Assembly (NCBI GenBank): GCA_963789265.1
Contig: CAWBKB010000007.1
Span: 224,001 to 288,000 of the forward strand
Length of the DNA: 64,000 nucleotides
Source: an uncultured delta proteobacterium
GTDB lineage: Bacteria; Desulfobacterota; Desulfomonilia; Desulfomonilales; Desulfomonilaceae
Direction of reading: 5' to 3'
Under the pieces are notes generated by a model. It worked only from the letters and a program-made list of their open reading frames with translations, ran no database searches and was not told the DNA's origin. Position 1 is the stretch's first letter, and each line of letters starts with the position of its first letter. Of this stretch, positions 1-8,971 are shown in pieces. The position numbers were made by a program, and so were the translations under genes.

Positions 1-417
1 CGCCGTATTGCCAAGAAGTTTCCAGGATATACAGAGGACAGTCTCTTGGATTCCGGGTTCATGGCCAAGAATTTCGATACACTTTCTGTGAAGTACCAAA
101 AGCCTCTGATTTTACCAATTGTACCGTCGCGATCAAACCCGAGACTCCTAGTTCAACAGGGCCTTTTTCTGTGTCCAAGCATAGCTGAGGGAGGTCTTGA
201 GAAGAACCTCCTATCCTACAACGATGACACGCAGGATATGGATCAGCACGTGTGCAAAATTATAATTGAAGGCCGAATTCGGACAGAAGTCCTATCTGAA
301 CTTCGTCTCATGAATATCAGCCGCGCAAGCCTTTTTCCGGATCTGCAAGGATATGCAAGCTCACTATCTCACGAGCTAGAATACAGATCATCAGATGAGA
401 TAAAACGGTTGAGGTAG
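1..417 (+). CDS. FRG domain protein, 5' partial
   Basis: Frame is open from base 1. It has the FRG-type N-x-R-x3-Q-x-G-x-F motif (SNPRLLVQQGLF) and the typical C-terminal L..MNI..ASLFPDLQG tail. Confidence 0.8.
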   Translation, partial: RRIAKKFPGYTEDSLLDSGFMAKNFDTLSVKYQKPLILPIVPSRSNPRLLVQQGLFLCPSIAEGGLEKNLLSYNDDTQDMDQHVCKIIIEGRIRTEVLSELRLMNISRASLFPDLQGYASSLSHELEYRSSDEIKRLR

Positions 418-582
418 ATCTCAGCACGAGTGGCAGTGCCAGACTTACAAGTGAATGAATTCCGGCTTATGACCGATGAGCATCTAGGGGGGCCTGACGA
501 CCGCATCGACGCCGGCACACGCAACAGCGATGCGAGCGTGCGAAGCCCAACGTGATCTTGACAAATCGAAAGGAGATCGACG

Positions 583-984
583 GTGAGCGCCAAGCTTGGG
601 CAAGACCCGGACGCTTTGCTTCGAGATACTGTGCGTAAGGACCAGATCGAGTACCGTAAGTGGATCGTGAGCTTGTCCATTTTCGTTCTAACGGTTTCGC
701 TTGGCCTGATTGGCCTCCTGGTGAAGGCACATCCTCTCCGGTACAAATGGCTCTTAGTTGTCGGTTGGCTATTCTTGGGGGCCTGTATTTTCTTCAACTG
801 GTTAATCATCAAGAGACTTGTCGGCATTTCGCTTGTCGCAGCCGCATCGCGTGAAGAGCCTAGCTTTGGCAACCTCCTCACGATTCTTACCAAGCTAGAT
901 TTGCAGTTGTACGCTCTGGTTCAGAACCTCGCCTTCCTTGTAGGTGTGTTCGCCGTGGGCCTTGGTTTTGTCCTGAATGTCTGA
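583..984 (+). CDS. Hypothetical membrane protein (about 3 TM helices)
   Basis: 133-aa ORF; AAAGGAG RBS precedes the GTG start; three hydrophobic stretches. Confidence 0.65.
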   Translation: MSAKLGQDPDALLRDTVRKDQIEYRKWIVSLSIFVLTVSLGLIGLLVKAHPLRYKWLLVVGWLFLGACIFFNWLIIKRLVGISLVAAASREEPSFGNLLTILTKLDLQLYALVQNLAFLVGVFAVGLGFVLNV

Positions 985-1353
985 ATATGAAGCTGGAGTA
1001 ATGCCTATTAAGTTGACATTGGAGCCACATCCGTTAGAGATTAGCCAATGCACGTCCGTGAGAATCGACACGCCTTTCTCGGTATCATTGGTGAGGTGAT
1101 GCGATCAGAGGGACACTGAGAGAGGACGGCAAGAACGGATCAATGCCAATAAAGTGGACTAGGGCGTGAAGCGAGTATGAAACGTCAAAGAGGCCCAGCG
1201 TGTCATTCCAGCGTGCTCGGCAATCCGTGGCCTAGTCGGAATTGGCGTTGTTTTCCGGCCCCTTAGACTGCTCCAACCGCGCCGCTGAATTGGGCGCTGA
1301 GCAGATTCAGTCGCCACTGAACGTGAGTGACTGTGGGTGTGAAGGAAGTCAAC

Positions 1354-2313
1354 ATGGCATCTGCAGATTGGGTACCGCTGGTAGGTGAGTTCGATGTCGT
1401 CGAGGGGGAAGTGCAATTTCATGGCAAACGTGTGCCCTTTGTCGAGCCGCCTGGAGGATTGGAGACGGACCAGAAAGATCAACCGGCTTTCGGGATCATC
1501 CTGAGCAGTTTGGCGCTTGCTGATGGCAAAGTCAGCGCCGAGGTGGAATTCGCGCAGGTCACGGCCCATTCGATCTGCGAATTGGCCATCGTTTACGATG
1601 TCAGCAGCCGCCACTTTGTCACTGCTGGCTTGGGGGGCGAAACATGGGCGATGTACGGCATTCGCGAGTTCGGAGGCCCAAGAACGGGCGGACAGGGATG
1701 GTGGGGCCATCTTGCAGGCGGGGACCGCGCGAATCTTAAACCGGGCCGGGTATATCGAGTCGCGGTTCAGCTTCGGGGTGCATTCGTGACGCTTCACGTT
1801 GACGGCGTTGCCGTTGGAACCGCACAGGTTAGTTCCCCAATGGGTCGCGCCCGTCAAGTCGGATTTTTGTGCAGAGCGGACCACCTCATCAGCATACGCA
1901 ACTTGACGGTCGAAGGCACTAAGCCGAAAGCATTCGTAGTGATGCAGTTTGGTGAGGGGTATGACGAGGTATATGAGGATGTTGTAAAAGAGGTCTGCAA
2001 ATCCTACGAAGTCAACGTGCTGCGGGCTGACGAAGTGTCAGGGCCCGGTCTGATCATTAGCGATGTGGTTCGCGAAATCGCCGCCTCGCAACTGATCATT
2101 GCTGATATCACCCCCGAAAACCCCAACGTCTACTTTGAGGTGGGATACGCACTCGCGCTCGGAAAGCCGACTGTCCTTCTCGCACAGAAAGGCACCTCGC
2201 TGCCTTTCGATGTTGCCGGGTTTAGGGTGCTGTTCTATGAAGACACGATCGGCGGAAAGAAACGGCTGGAAGAGGGTATGAGAAGGCATTTGGCCGCCAT
2301 TCTTGCCGAGTGA
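1354..2313 (+). CDS. Beta-sandwich (ConA/DUF1080-like) domain fused to a nucleoside 2-deoxyribosyltransferase/TIR-like domain
   Basis: C-terminal part reads KAFVVMQF...RADE...IIADIT..NPNVYFEVGYALALGKP...LPFDV, the NDT-like pattern. N-terminal part is beta-rich. AAGGA precedes ATG 1354; the ORF track starts at 1327. Confidence 0.75.
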   Translation: MASADWVPLVGEFDVVEGEVQFHGKRVPFVEPPGGLETDQKDQPAFGIILSSLALADGKVSAEVEFAQVTAHSICELAIVYDVSSRHFVTAGLGGETWAMYGIREFGGPRTGGQGWWGHLAGGDRANLKPGRVYRVAVQLRGAFVTLHVDGVAVGTAQVSSPMGRARQVGFLCRADHLISIRNLTVEGTKPKAFVVMQFGEGYDEVYEDVVKEVCKSYEVNVLRADEVSGPGLIISDVVREIAASQLIIADITPENPNVYFEVGYALALGKPTVLLAQKGTSLPFDVAGFRVLFYEDTIGGKKRLEEGMRRHLAAILAE

Positions 2314-2325
2314 TCGTGCTCAGGG

Positions 2326-2465
2326 AATTTCGGCTACACCATGCTCAATTCCCTTTGGAGATTCCTTTCCGTCCGAGTTTGCGCCTATGCAAAACTCTGG
2401 TAAGCTCGTTTATTATGAAATCTTCCGTTCTTGTGTCAACAATTAAGTATGGAGTGCCTTGAACC
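2326..2465. repeat. REPIN-like doublet: inverted pair of a ~25-bp motif (AATTAAGTATGGTGT..C.G.A.T-like) enclosing a RAYT 3'-end remnant
   Basis: Aligns with 9176-9321 (e.g. ctcaattccctttgg, ttatgaaatcttcc, aattaagtatgg). Confidence 0.75.
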
Positions 2466-2674
2466 CTCCCAAGGGAAGACCAGCTTTGGTCTCCGGTTTT
2501 CAATTCAAGGCCTGATCCCAATTCAAGATTGCCTTGCGTCAAAGAAAAGTATACTTTTTGAACAAGGTTGCGCTTCAGGAACCTTGAAGATAGAAGTAGT
2601 CAAGAAGAAGCTGTCTTTGAGAGACTCAACAATTTTGATGAGCGCCGAAGCAAGCGATAGAAAGGAGACCGCGC

Positions 2675-2890
2675 ATGCAGATGATTCTTGAAGCCACATA
2701 CAGAAACGGCGTTCTTGTTCCCGACAGGAGCCTGGGCCCCGAAAAAGAAGGCAAGAAGTTTAAGCTCATCGTTGTCGAAGAGAAGGAATTAGAGGCCAAA
2801 CGGGACCAATTCTTCCAGTTTGTCAAGGATCACAGGTTCAGTCTGCCCGAAGATTTCCGGTTCAGCAGGGACGAAATCCATGAAAGATAG
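2675..2890 (+). CDS. Putative antitoxin, DUF104/AF2212-like
   Basis: LEATYRNGVLVP matches the I.A.YENGV..P pattern. AAAGGAG RBS present; the gene overlaps the downstream PIN gene. Confidence 0.7.
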   Translation: MQMILEATYRNGVLVPDRSLGPEKEGKKFKLIVVEEKELEAKRDQFFQFVKDHRFSLPEDFRFSRDEIHER

Positions 2891-3308
2891 GATCCTGATC
2901 GACACGAACCTCTGGATTTAACTCTATGCACTAGATCCGCAGGCCAAACGCAATAGGATCGAAGAGTTGGTCCAACAAAATTTCGCGAAAATCATAGTGA
3001 GCACGCAGATTCTGGGAGAATTTTATCACGTTGTAACAAGAAAAGGGCTCCTGACACGCGAATCTGCTAAGGATATTATTATCGAGATGGTAGCGACCTT
3101 TCCGGTGTCGGAAATCGGAACAGCAAATGTCTTGAAGGCCCTCAAGATTCAGGAAATCTTTCATTACTAGTATTGGGACAGCCTAGTCATGGCGACAGCA
3201 ATCCTTACCGATTGCGATATCCTTTATTCAGAGGACATGCAGCACGGTCAATCTGTGCAAGGGAGAACCAGGATCATCAACCCATTTCTCGAAGTACCCG
3301 AAATCTGA
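2880..3308 (+). pseudogene. PIN-domain (VapC-like) toxin with two in-frame stops
   Basis: One frame reads MKDRILIDTNLWI*LY...STQILGEF...HY*YWDSLV..A....C..LYSEDMQHG...IINPF, with stops at TAA 2919-2921 and TAG 3168-3170. Confidence 0.85.
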
Positions 3309-3412
3309 AAATCTCCGTCAAGGTCGTCTCTAGACTTTCCTTCCGCAAAGTGCACCGCCTCGCAGGCCGCGTCGAGCATGTGTCTCAGCCGAATCCGGTC
3401 ATCCTCCCGCAT
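3308..3412 (-). pseudogene. Truncated HEPN/DUF86 toxin (first ~34 codons only)
   Basis: MREDDRIRLRHMLDAACEAVHFAEGKSRDDLD is the DUF86 N-terminus. It overlaps the MNT stop and is cut off at the end of the PIN gene. Confidence 0.7.
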
Positions 3413-3707
3413 ATTGCACCTCAGCCTCAGCAATTACTTTGTCCCTGAAATAACGACTCAGCTCTTGAGGGGTCCGAAGATCCACCTTGCGACCGCCGAG
3501 ACCGTCTGAGAGTTCTTGCTCCATATCAGCAAGCTCAAAATAACCCGGCGTGCTCCCTTGCTCGAATTCGACGAGGAAATCCAGGTCGCTTTCAGCTCCG
3601 AAATCGTCGCGTAGATACGACCCGAAAATGGATAGCTTCCTGACATGGTGTCGGCGGCAAAAGTCTTTGATGAAATCACGAGGAATGACCGGACGCTCTT
3701 GGTTCAT
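3399..3707 (-). CDS. Minimal nucleotidyltransferase (MNT) antitoxin
   Basis: FCRRHHVRKLSIFGSYLRDDFGAESDLDFLVEF...[14 protein letters not shown] upstream of ATG 3707. Confidence 0.9.
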   Translation of the reverse strand: MNQERPVIPRDFIKDFCRRHHVRKLSIFGSYLRDDFGAESDLDFLVEFEQGSTPGYFELADMEQELSDGLGGRKVDLRTPQELSRYFRDKVIAEAEVQYAGG

Positions 3708-3929
3708 CGGACCCTCCTTCCTCACGGGGCCACCGGAGCATAGTCTTGTTCACAAAAAATATCCTTTTATCAGATGGAAGGCAACCGGGAAAGCCTCGAT
3801 TGAAGTCAGGCACCGGCCTAGCCTAGCCAAACATCTCATATTATGGCCCACTCATACCCGCATGGATTTGACTGACCGGCTTATGGGCGTCACTAAATAC
3901 AGCTAAAGCGGAACGCGACATTCTTTCTC

Positions 3930-4045
3930 AATCCCTTACTCAATGCTTCTCGGGGGCACTTTTGGCCTGAGTTTCTCATATGCAATACGCCGGCGGGCTC
4001 GCCTTTCATGAGATCTTCCATTTGTCTGTCAACAATTAAGTCGCC
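3930..4045 (-). repeat. Degenerate third copy of the RAYT 3'-end remnant
   Basis: Translates VDRQMEDLMKGEPAGVLH, compared with IDKQMEDFISRLEEEPAKVLY at 9.2 kb; shares tcttccatttgt..gtcaa. Confidence 0.5.
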
Positions 4046-4112
4046 CGGGGCGCATGCCATTCCATCCTGCGGTTCCTCGCATACGCTGGGTGTCATGTTT
4101 TCCAATGAATCA

Positions 4113-4140
4113 TTGACGCGTTGCCTGTCTATGATACAAT
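4113..4140 (+). promoter_or_regulatory. Candidate sigma70 promoter for the capsid-toxin operon
   Basis: TTGACG (4113) - 16 nt - TACAAT (4135), with an extended -10 TG at 4132. Confidence 0.45.
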
Positions 4141-4356
4141 TAAATTAGAGGGTCCTACTTTTATTAGGCCAACCCACGGAAGGGCGAAGACCCGATACTT
4201 CGTCATAGAGTGGCCTACAAGGATAACTTTCTGAAAAAATGGTACGGGCACCCGTTGAGAATTCAGATCCACGGGTCCAAAGAAACTCCTTCTTTCATTC
4301 ATCTCTGACATAGGCTTGTCGGCCTGGCATCAAACTGTCTGCAAAGGAAAGGGGCT

Positions 4357-5574
4357 ATGGGTGAAACTGCTTTCGATTTCATGAAAATCTGGACCCAAGG
4401 CGACCAGGAATCGGAATTCAAGCTCAAGAGCGTATTGCTCGACGGATTGGATTCCGTGGTCCAAGCACAGGGCGATGTGCTCTCAAAAATCCGAGTGGAT
4501 CGCTCGATAGCCACTCCTGTGGTTCGCTGGATGGAAGAAAGGGGTTATCCTTCTGCTGTCACTACCCAATTGACGGAAAAAACTATGGTCTTTAGCGGCC
4601 TACTTTTCGGTCGGAGTGTCAATGCAGACTCAATCCGCAAGGTGATCCGAGCAGGGACCATTCTCGAACGTCCGCGAGATGGCTGCCAAGTGAAGATTTC
4701 ATCGCTCGACGGGCTTTCGGCCGCGGTGACGGCATACGGCAACACCAGTTTGGCCGATGATCCGGCACCTGTCGCTTGGGATGTCATTTCCGAGGTATGG
4801 TCTGACTTTCGAGATGCTTCCGGGCCCCGATCGCTTGACAGGAAATCCCGCGAGGTCGGCACACAGATATTCGCCGAGACATTTGAGATTCCCAAAACCA
4901 GGAAGAATACCAAGTACGAAATCATTGAATTTGAATCAGAGCATCAGATTCTCGCACTGATTGCCAAGCTCAGGCGTCAACTCGCGTATGCCATACTCAG
5001 ATCCCGGCCTTTCCATGACGGATCGCAATTCGTATGGGGGAACAAGACCGAAGAGCCGACCCTATGCGGTCTCTGCACTTGGCCGGTTGTAACTTACGAT
5101 GAAATTCCCAATCCGAATGTGTACGTCAACAAAAACGGGCAGGCTCTTACCAAGACTGATCTGGACAATCTTGTCCGCGGGCTTTGGCTTGACGAGCATG
5201 CGGACTACAACAAGGGCGACTGGTGGATCGCCTGTCATCCTGCCGTCCACCAATTCATCCAGGACTTTGACATTTGCTATCGACGAATCGAGAAAAAAGA
5301 CAAAACTGTCGGTTTTCATGTAGATGAATTCCATTCCAAGATCGGCAAAACCTTTCCCATCCTATCCGAGCCGTTTATGCGGCCCGGCGTGCTGATCGCG
5401 GTGAATTTCAAGGCCTTCAAATATGGCTATTATGCTAACGATTCTCTGGAACGCCAGGAGATTCCCACTCAGGGCCGATATCAACGCTGGCTTATTTCCT
5501 TCCAAACGTACGGCGTGGTAGCTCGCAATCCCAGGGCCAATATCGGCATGATCTACGGACTGCCGGTCAGTTAG
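4357..5574 (+). CDS. Phage-type major capsid protein, SU10/DUF5309-like (HK97 fold)
   Basis: 405 aa. Motif order W.EE..., TQIFAETFEI..T, E.EHQI....KL.RQL..AIL, ..GFHVDEF.S..G...I....M..G...., GVVARNP.A.....GL matches SU10-type capsids. Recognised from memory, not by search. Confidence 0.7.
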   Translation: MGETAFDFMKIWTQGDQESEFKLKSVLLDGLDSVVQAQGDVLSKIRVDRSIATPVVRWMEERGYPSAVTTQLTEKTMVFSGLLFGRSVNADSIRKVIRAGTILERPRDGCQVKISSLDGLSAAVTAYGNTSLADDPAPVAWDVISEVWSDFRDASGPRSLDRKSREVGTQIFAETFEIPKTRKNTKYEIIEFESEHQILALIAKLRRQLAYAILRSRPFHDGSQFVWGNKTEEPTLCGLCTWPVVTYDEIPNPNVYVNKNGQALTKTDLDNLVRGLWLDEHADYNKGDWWIACHPAVHQFIQDFDICYRRIEKKDKTVGFHVDEFHSKIGKTFPILSEPFMRPGVLIAVNFKAFKYGYYANDSLERQEIPTQGRYQRWLISFQTYGVVARNPRANIGMIYGLPVS

Positions 5575-5698
5575 TTCAAATAAGCTAAACCCCGTTAATT
5601 ATCAAATATCTGCGTTAAATCAACTCCATAACTACTTTTTGTCTTATCCGCTTCACGTGTGGTTTCACGTTTTCCATTTGATGAAAGGAGAATAATGC

Positions 5699-6622
5699 AT
5701 GATCGAAACCGAGGACCAACGGCGCTGGTGGTTCGCCACTCACCCGGAGTTTAGCTGGAGCCGTCGAGGTATAAGAGGTGACAACAAGGTAGATCCGGCG
5801 GAAGTCGATCAATATGTAAACAGGGCACTCAAGTACGAAAGCGGGCCTGTCGGGGAGCTGCTGAAATCGGTGAAGAAGCATTTTGGTACGGAAGCCTACC
5901 CCAACGAGCATGACAAATTAGCCGACAACCGTGGTACTGATTCGTCGTCCCAGCAGCCGAAGCAACCTCAGGCAACGATTGGACCACCCGAACCGCCCGG
6001 CCTTAGTGATCGTGCTCGATATGTTTTGGACATTGTGTGTCCCGGCCTAACCAAGGCGTATGATAGGTGGCGAACGGGCTATTACAACGCATATCCGTGG
6101 GCCCCAGGTCCTGTTTACGATGCACTTGGCGATTTGATGAGTCTGGTGCCCATCGGCCTTGCGAAAATTCAAGCCACCCTGGCGAAGGCAGTAAACCCGG
6201 CCGAGATTGCTGCTTTACAGAATGCTCGCCAAGAGTTACTTAAAATCTGGGATCACGCAAATTTCCCTCGAGGATGGGCCATTGAAGACCACTTGGGCCG
6301 GGATCTTCCCCGTACCTTCAAGGGTATTGACGGGTTTGAGAATGGAGTGGCCACGAGTATCAAGAGCATGGACCTCCGCCTAAACTCGTATCAAGATCCT
6401 GCCAAGATTCTCTCGCAAGGCCGGAAGTATGTTGATCAGGTGGCCAACTTTGACGGAGCGCGCATGGGAGACACCCGGATTAGCGCCGAACAGATAACCG
6501 AAAGGGTCTTACGCCTCGGTGTGCCCCCCGGTGCTACAAAGACCCAGCAGTCGGCTCTGAAAAGTCTGGTTGAATACGGTAAACAAAACGGCGTGAAAGT
6601 GGAGGTTATTAGAGTGCCATGA
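5699..6622 (+). CDS. Polymorphic toxin with C-terminal EC869/YPIII-type CdiA-CT endonuclease
   Basis: C-terminus FKGIDGFENGVATSIKSMDL...Y....I....RKYVD...F.G...G...I....I..R.L.L.VP.....Q...L.....YG...GVKVEV is the PD-(D/E)xK CdiA-CT pattern. GAAAGGAG RBS; N-terminus MIETEDQRRWWFATHPE. Confidence 0.8.
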   Translation: MIETEDQRRWWFATHPEFSWSRRGIRGDNKVDPAEVDQYVNRALKYESGPVGELLKSVKKHFGTEAYPNEHDKLADNRGTDSSSQQPKQPQATIGPPEPPGLSDRARYVLDIVCPGLTKAYDRWRTGYYNAYPWAPGPVYDALGDLMSLVPIGLAKIQATLAKAVNPAEIAALQNARQELLKIWDHANFPRGWAIEDHLGRDLPRTFKGIDGFENGVATSIKSMDLRLNSYQDPAKILSQGRKYVDQVANFDGARMGDTRISAEQITERVLRLGVPPGATKTQQSALKSLVEYGKQNGVKVEVIRVP

Positions 6623-7062
6623 AATGCGCAGGAGCATACAAAAGAGAGAAGAAGATATATCTTAACCCTAGTTCGAAAACGACGAAGGGCCTTTGGATCG
6701 GTACGTCTCCACGAATTATTTTTGATGAGACGGAACCTCCCTCAGTAAAAGGTAAATATCTAAAAGAAGTTCTGAGCCATTCCCAAGAGGGTGTACCTCA
6801 TCCTACAGACTGGGACAGCTTGCTCCAGAAGTTTCTGAAGGAGGTAGGCGTTAAATCATGGAGCAAATTCGCTAATACTGCCCTTTCATGCACATTTGAC
6901 CTTAAAGGAGATCAGTTGGAATTTCTTCCGTGGCGGAATTCGGGTCCCCGGGAGCACTACAATTTTGTGCCAATTAGGGATCGAAAAATGACCATTTCCT
7001 TCGATGCTTCCGATGAAGAGTTGGGCCTCTTTTTGGAAAAGGCGTTCGAGGCTTGTGAATAG
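6619..7062 (+). CDS. CdiI-like immunity protein (DUF1436-like)
   Basis: ATGA overlap with the toxin stop; 147 aa; ends ASDEELGLFLEKAFEAC, resembling EC869-type CdiI. Confidence 0.75.
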   Translation: MKCAGAYKREKKIYLNPSSKTTKGLWIGTSPRIIFDETEPPSVKGKYLKEVLSHSQEGVPHPTDWDSLLQKFLKEVGVKSWSKFANTALSCTFDLKGDQLEFLPWRNSGPREHYNFVPIRDRKMTISFDASDEELGLFLEKAFEACE

Positions 7063-7268
7063 AAGAGGGAAAGAGCCTCATTGCATGCCCGAGCCGAAAG
7101 AGCAGTAGTGAACCTCCAAGGGAATTGGCGCGGAAGAACAAGCATGGGGTCAGCTCTTTCCATTTGGCATTCACACGAATCTCTGATGTCTGATCTGAAC
7201 CGACTGCCATTACCTGAATATTTGGACTCAAGTAATATTGAAGCTCATGCCGCGACCTACAGTGATAT

Positions 7269-7409
7269 TTTTATTCTCGTTCCCAGGCTCCGCCTGGGAA
7301 TGCCCGCCTTGGAGGCTCTGCCTCGCCTTTGACTGCTAAATGAAGGCGATTTGCGGGCAGAGCCCGCGAGATATGAGTTCCCAGGCAGAGCCTGGGAACC
7401 AGAATAAAA
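7269..7409. repeat. REP/MITE-like element, family A (CTCGTTCCCAGGCTC.GCCTGGGAA)
   Basis: 32-bp terminal inverted repeats (7269-7300 and 7378-7409) with 2 mismatches, each arm itself palindromic. Confidence 0.85.
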
Positions 7410-7701
7410 CGCAACAAAATCGAGGCAGCTAGAAACTCGTGGGATAAAAGCAAAGCAGGCGGATGAACTTAATGATATTCGCAGCGGCGGCAAAGGGAGC
7501 GGAGTGTGGACGGAAGAAGAATTGGAGAGGATCCGGAAGACTGGGAAATTCCCGGATGATGCAGTATGGCATCATGACCCTACAGTTGCCAATGCTCCTG
7601 ATAGGGCCGTCGATCAGAATGCAGTACATACAATGCGCGGAGGACCAAAAGCTCATTTGCGAGACGGTCACCACGGGAATTATCAGAATCCAAAAAAATA
7701 G
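7408..7701 (+). pseudogene. Orphan toxin tip, Tox-GHH-like HNH nuclease, lacking a start and N-terminus
   Basis: Frame opens after TAA 7405: ...GGKGSGVWTEEELERIRKTGKFPDDAVWHHDPTVANAPDRAVDQNAV...HLRDGHHGNYQN. This fits the WT..E....G...xHH...V...P..A.D..N...HL...H.GN pattern. Confidence 0.7.
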
Positions 7702-7763
7702 GTACATTGAAAGTATAAAATCATTTCATCGTTCGCATGAACGAATTGGAGGAAGCCGCAAAA

Positions 7764-8265
7764 ATGAAACCAGGACTTCTGGAAAGTGTGCTGATTCGGC
7801 GGTACCGGTAGACCTAAAATCTCTGTCAATAGCGCCTTGGTTCAACAATGCTGGAAGCTCGACGAACCCGATAATTCCTCCCTGTTGTACATGGGAATGA
7901 AATGGGAGGGACGCTTGGGCACCCGTTTTGCTGGCCTAAAGGGAATTTACGGTAATGCTTTCGGTGGATTCTTGGTCGGGAATTCCCTCAAGATTGCGGT
8001 ACTGCTGCCCCGCAAAGTGTGGGGTCTCTGGCGGATAGATGAGCTCCAAATGCTCCGTCCGGTGAGAATAGCTTTGGCAATTGATCCTGCCATTGATTTC
8101 TTTATGGACGCGGCCAACGTCTGGTATTACGGTCATAAGGAAGGTGAGCTGTACGTCTTCGATGCTGAGACGGATGAACTGGATTCGTTAGGGCCAATTG
8201 AACCGGCTCTGGACAGCCTTATCGATCAATGGGAAGAAGCCGGCCAACCGCTTCCGAAAAATTAG
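7764..8265 (+). CDS. Probable immunity protein for the orphan tip (SUKH/SMI1-like C-terminus), probable frameshift near 7790
   Basis: Lies directly after the orphan tip. ORF 7837-8265 ends GELYVFDAETDELDSLG. An upstream ATG at 7764 with GGAGG is in another frame. Confidence 0.5.
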
Positions 8266-8280
8266 ACCCGTACGGCGGCA

Positions 8281-8928
8281 TTGATGAGTCCGAGCCGGCG
8301 AAAAGCACGAACTGAAGCGATATTGAGGAAGGAAGGTATTCCCTTTCTTCCATCGCTTCCGTGCATTGAGTCTGAGGACGACACTGAATTGCGCAGTGCG
8401 GAAGAGGTCGGTCTGCGAATGCTCTGCCTGTTCAGTGTCATTGGCACCGCTTACGACCCGTCCGACGCATCATATAAACGGTATCTCAAGAAATACCGCC
8501 TCTGGGGCTACCTCACTCCTGATGAACTGTCTTTCATGTCCAATCCCGCGCCGGACCACAGGACTTGTATGATTTTGACTTGGCGGGTAGAAGCACTACT
8601 GGTGCTGATGTGGGCGGTGCGTCTGTTCAAAATGCTGCCATTCCCCACCCATCAAGTAGACAACCCAAAAATTATCGCCAAATTTCCCAGCTTTGACAAA
8701 TCTCCGCAGCCTTTTATCCTTAGCCTCAAACTGCGCCCTAAACCTACAATTCTGAATAACTCCGATCTCATATATCGGCTCCACTGGGCCACTACCCAAG
8801 CAAAGATAGAGGGACAGCCTCCGCCCGGCGGACTCGATCCGGAAATTGTCTATGAGTGGCATTATGCGATAAATTGGATTACAAAATATGATGATGCGGA
8901 TTGGGATGATGTCGCGACTGATACTTAG
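8281..8928 (+). CDS. DUF4272 family protein
   Basis: WRVEALLVLMWA...DLIYRLHWA...LD.EIVYEWHYAINWI...WDDVATDT. Confidence 0.85.
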   Translation: MMSPSRRKARTEAILRKEGIPFLPSLPCIESEDDTELRSAEEVGLRMLCLFSVIGTAYDPSDASYKRYLKKYRLWGYLTPDELSFMSNPAPDHRTCMILTWRVEALLVLMWAVRLFKMLPFPTHQVDNPKIIAKFPSFDKSPQPFILSLKLRPKPTILNNSDLIYRLHWATTQAKIEGQPPPGGLDPEIVYEWHYAINWITKYDDADWDDVATDT

Positions 8929-8971
8929 CCTCTACTTGCAATAATTGGGGCTACCATAAAGCGTTCCGAGG

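Noticed and set aside
1159..1884. Long antisense ORFs (also 10988-11593, 33566-34249, 54642-55319, 63029-63577)
   Set aside because: They are shadows of well-supported genes on the opposite strand and carry no motifs.
5699..7062. Classical CDI (cdiBAI), Rhs or T6SS locus
   Set aside because: The toxin is only 307 aa, with no haemagglutinin or RHS repeats, VENN, PAAR or transporter gene nearby.
7063..7265. Additional cassette gene between CdiI and the REP
   Set aside because: No convincing ORF, RBS or motif on either strand.
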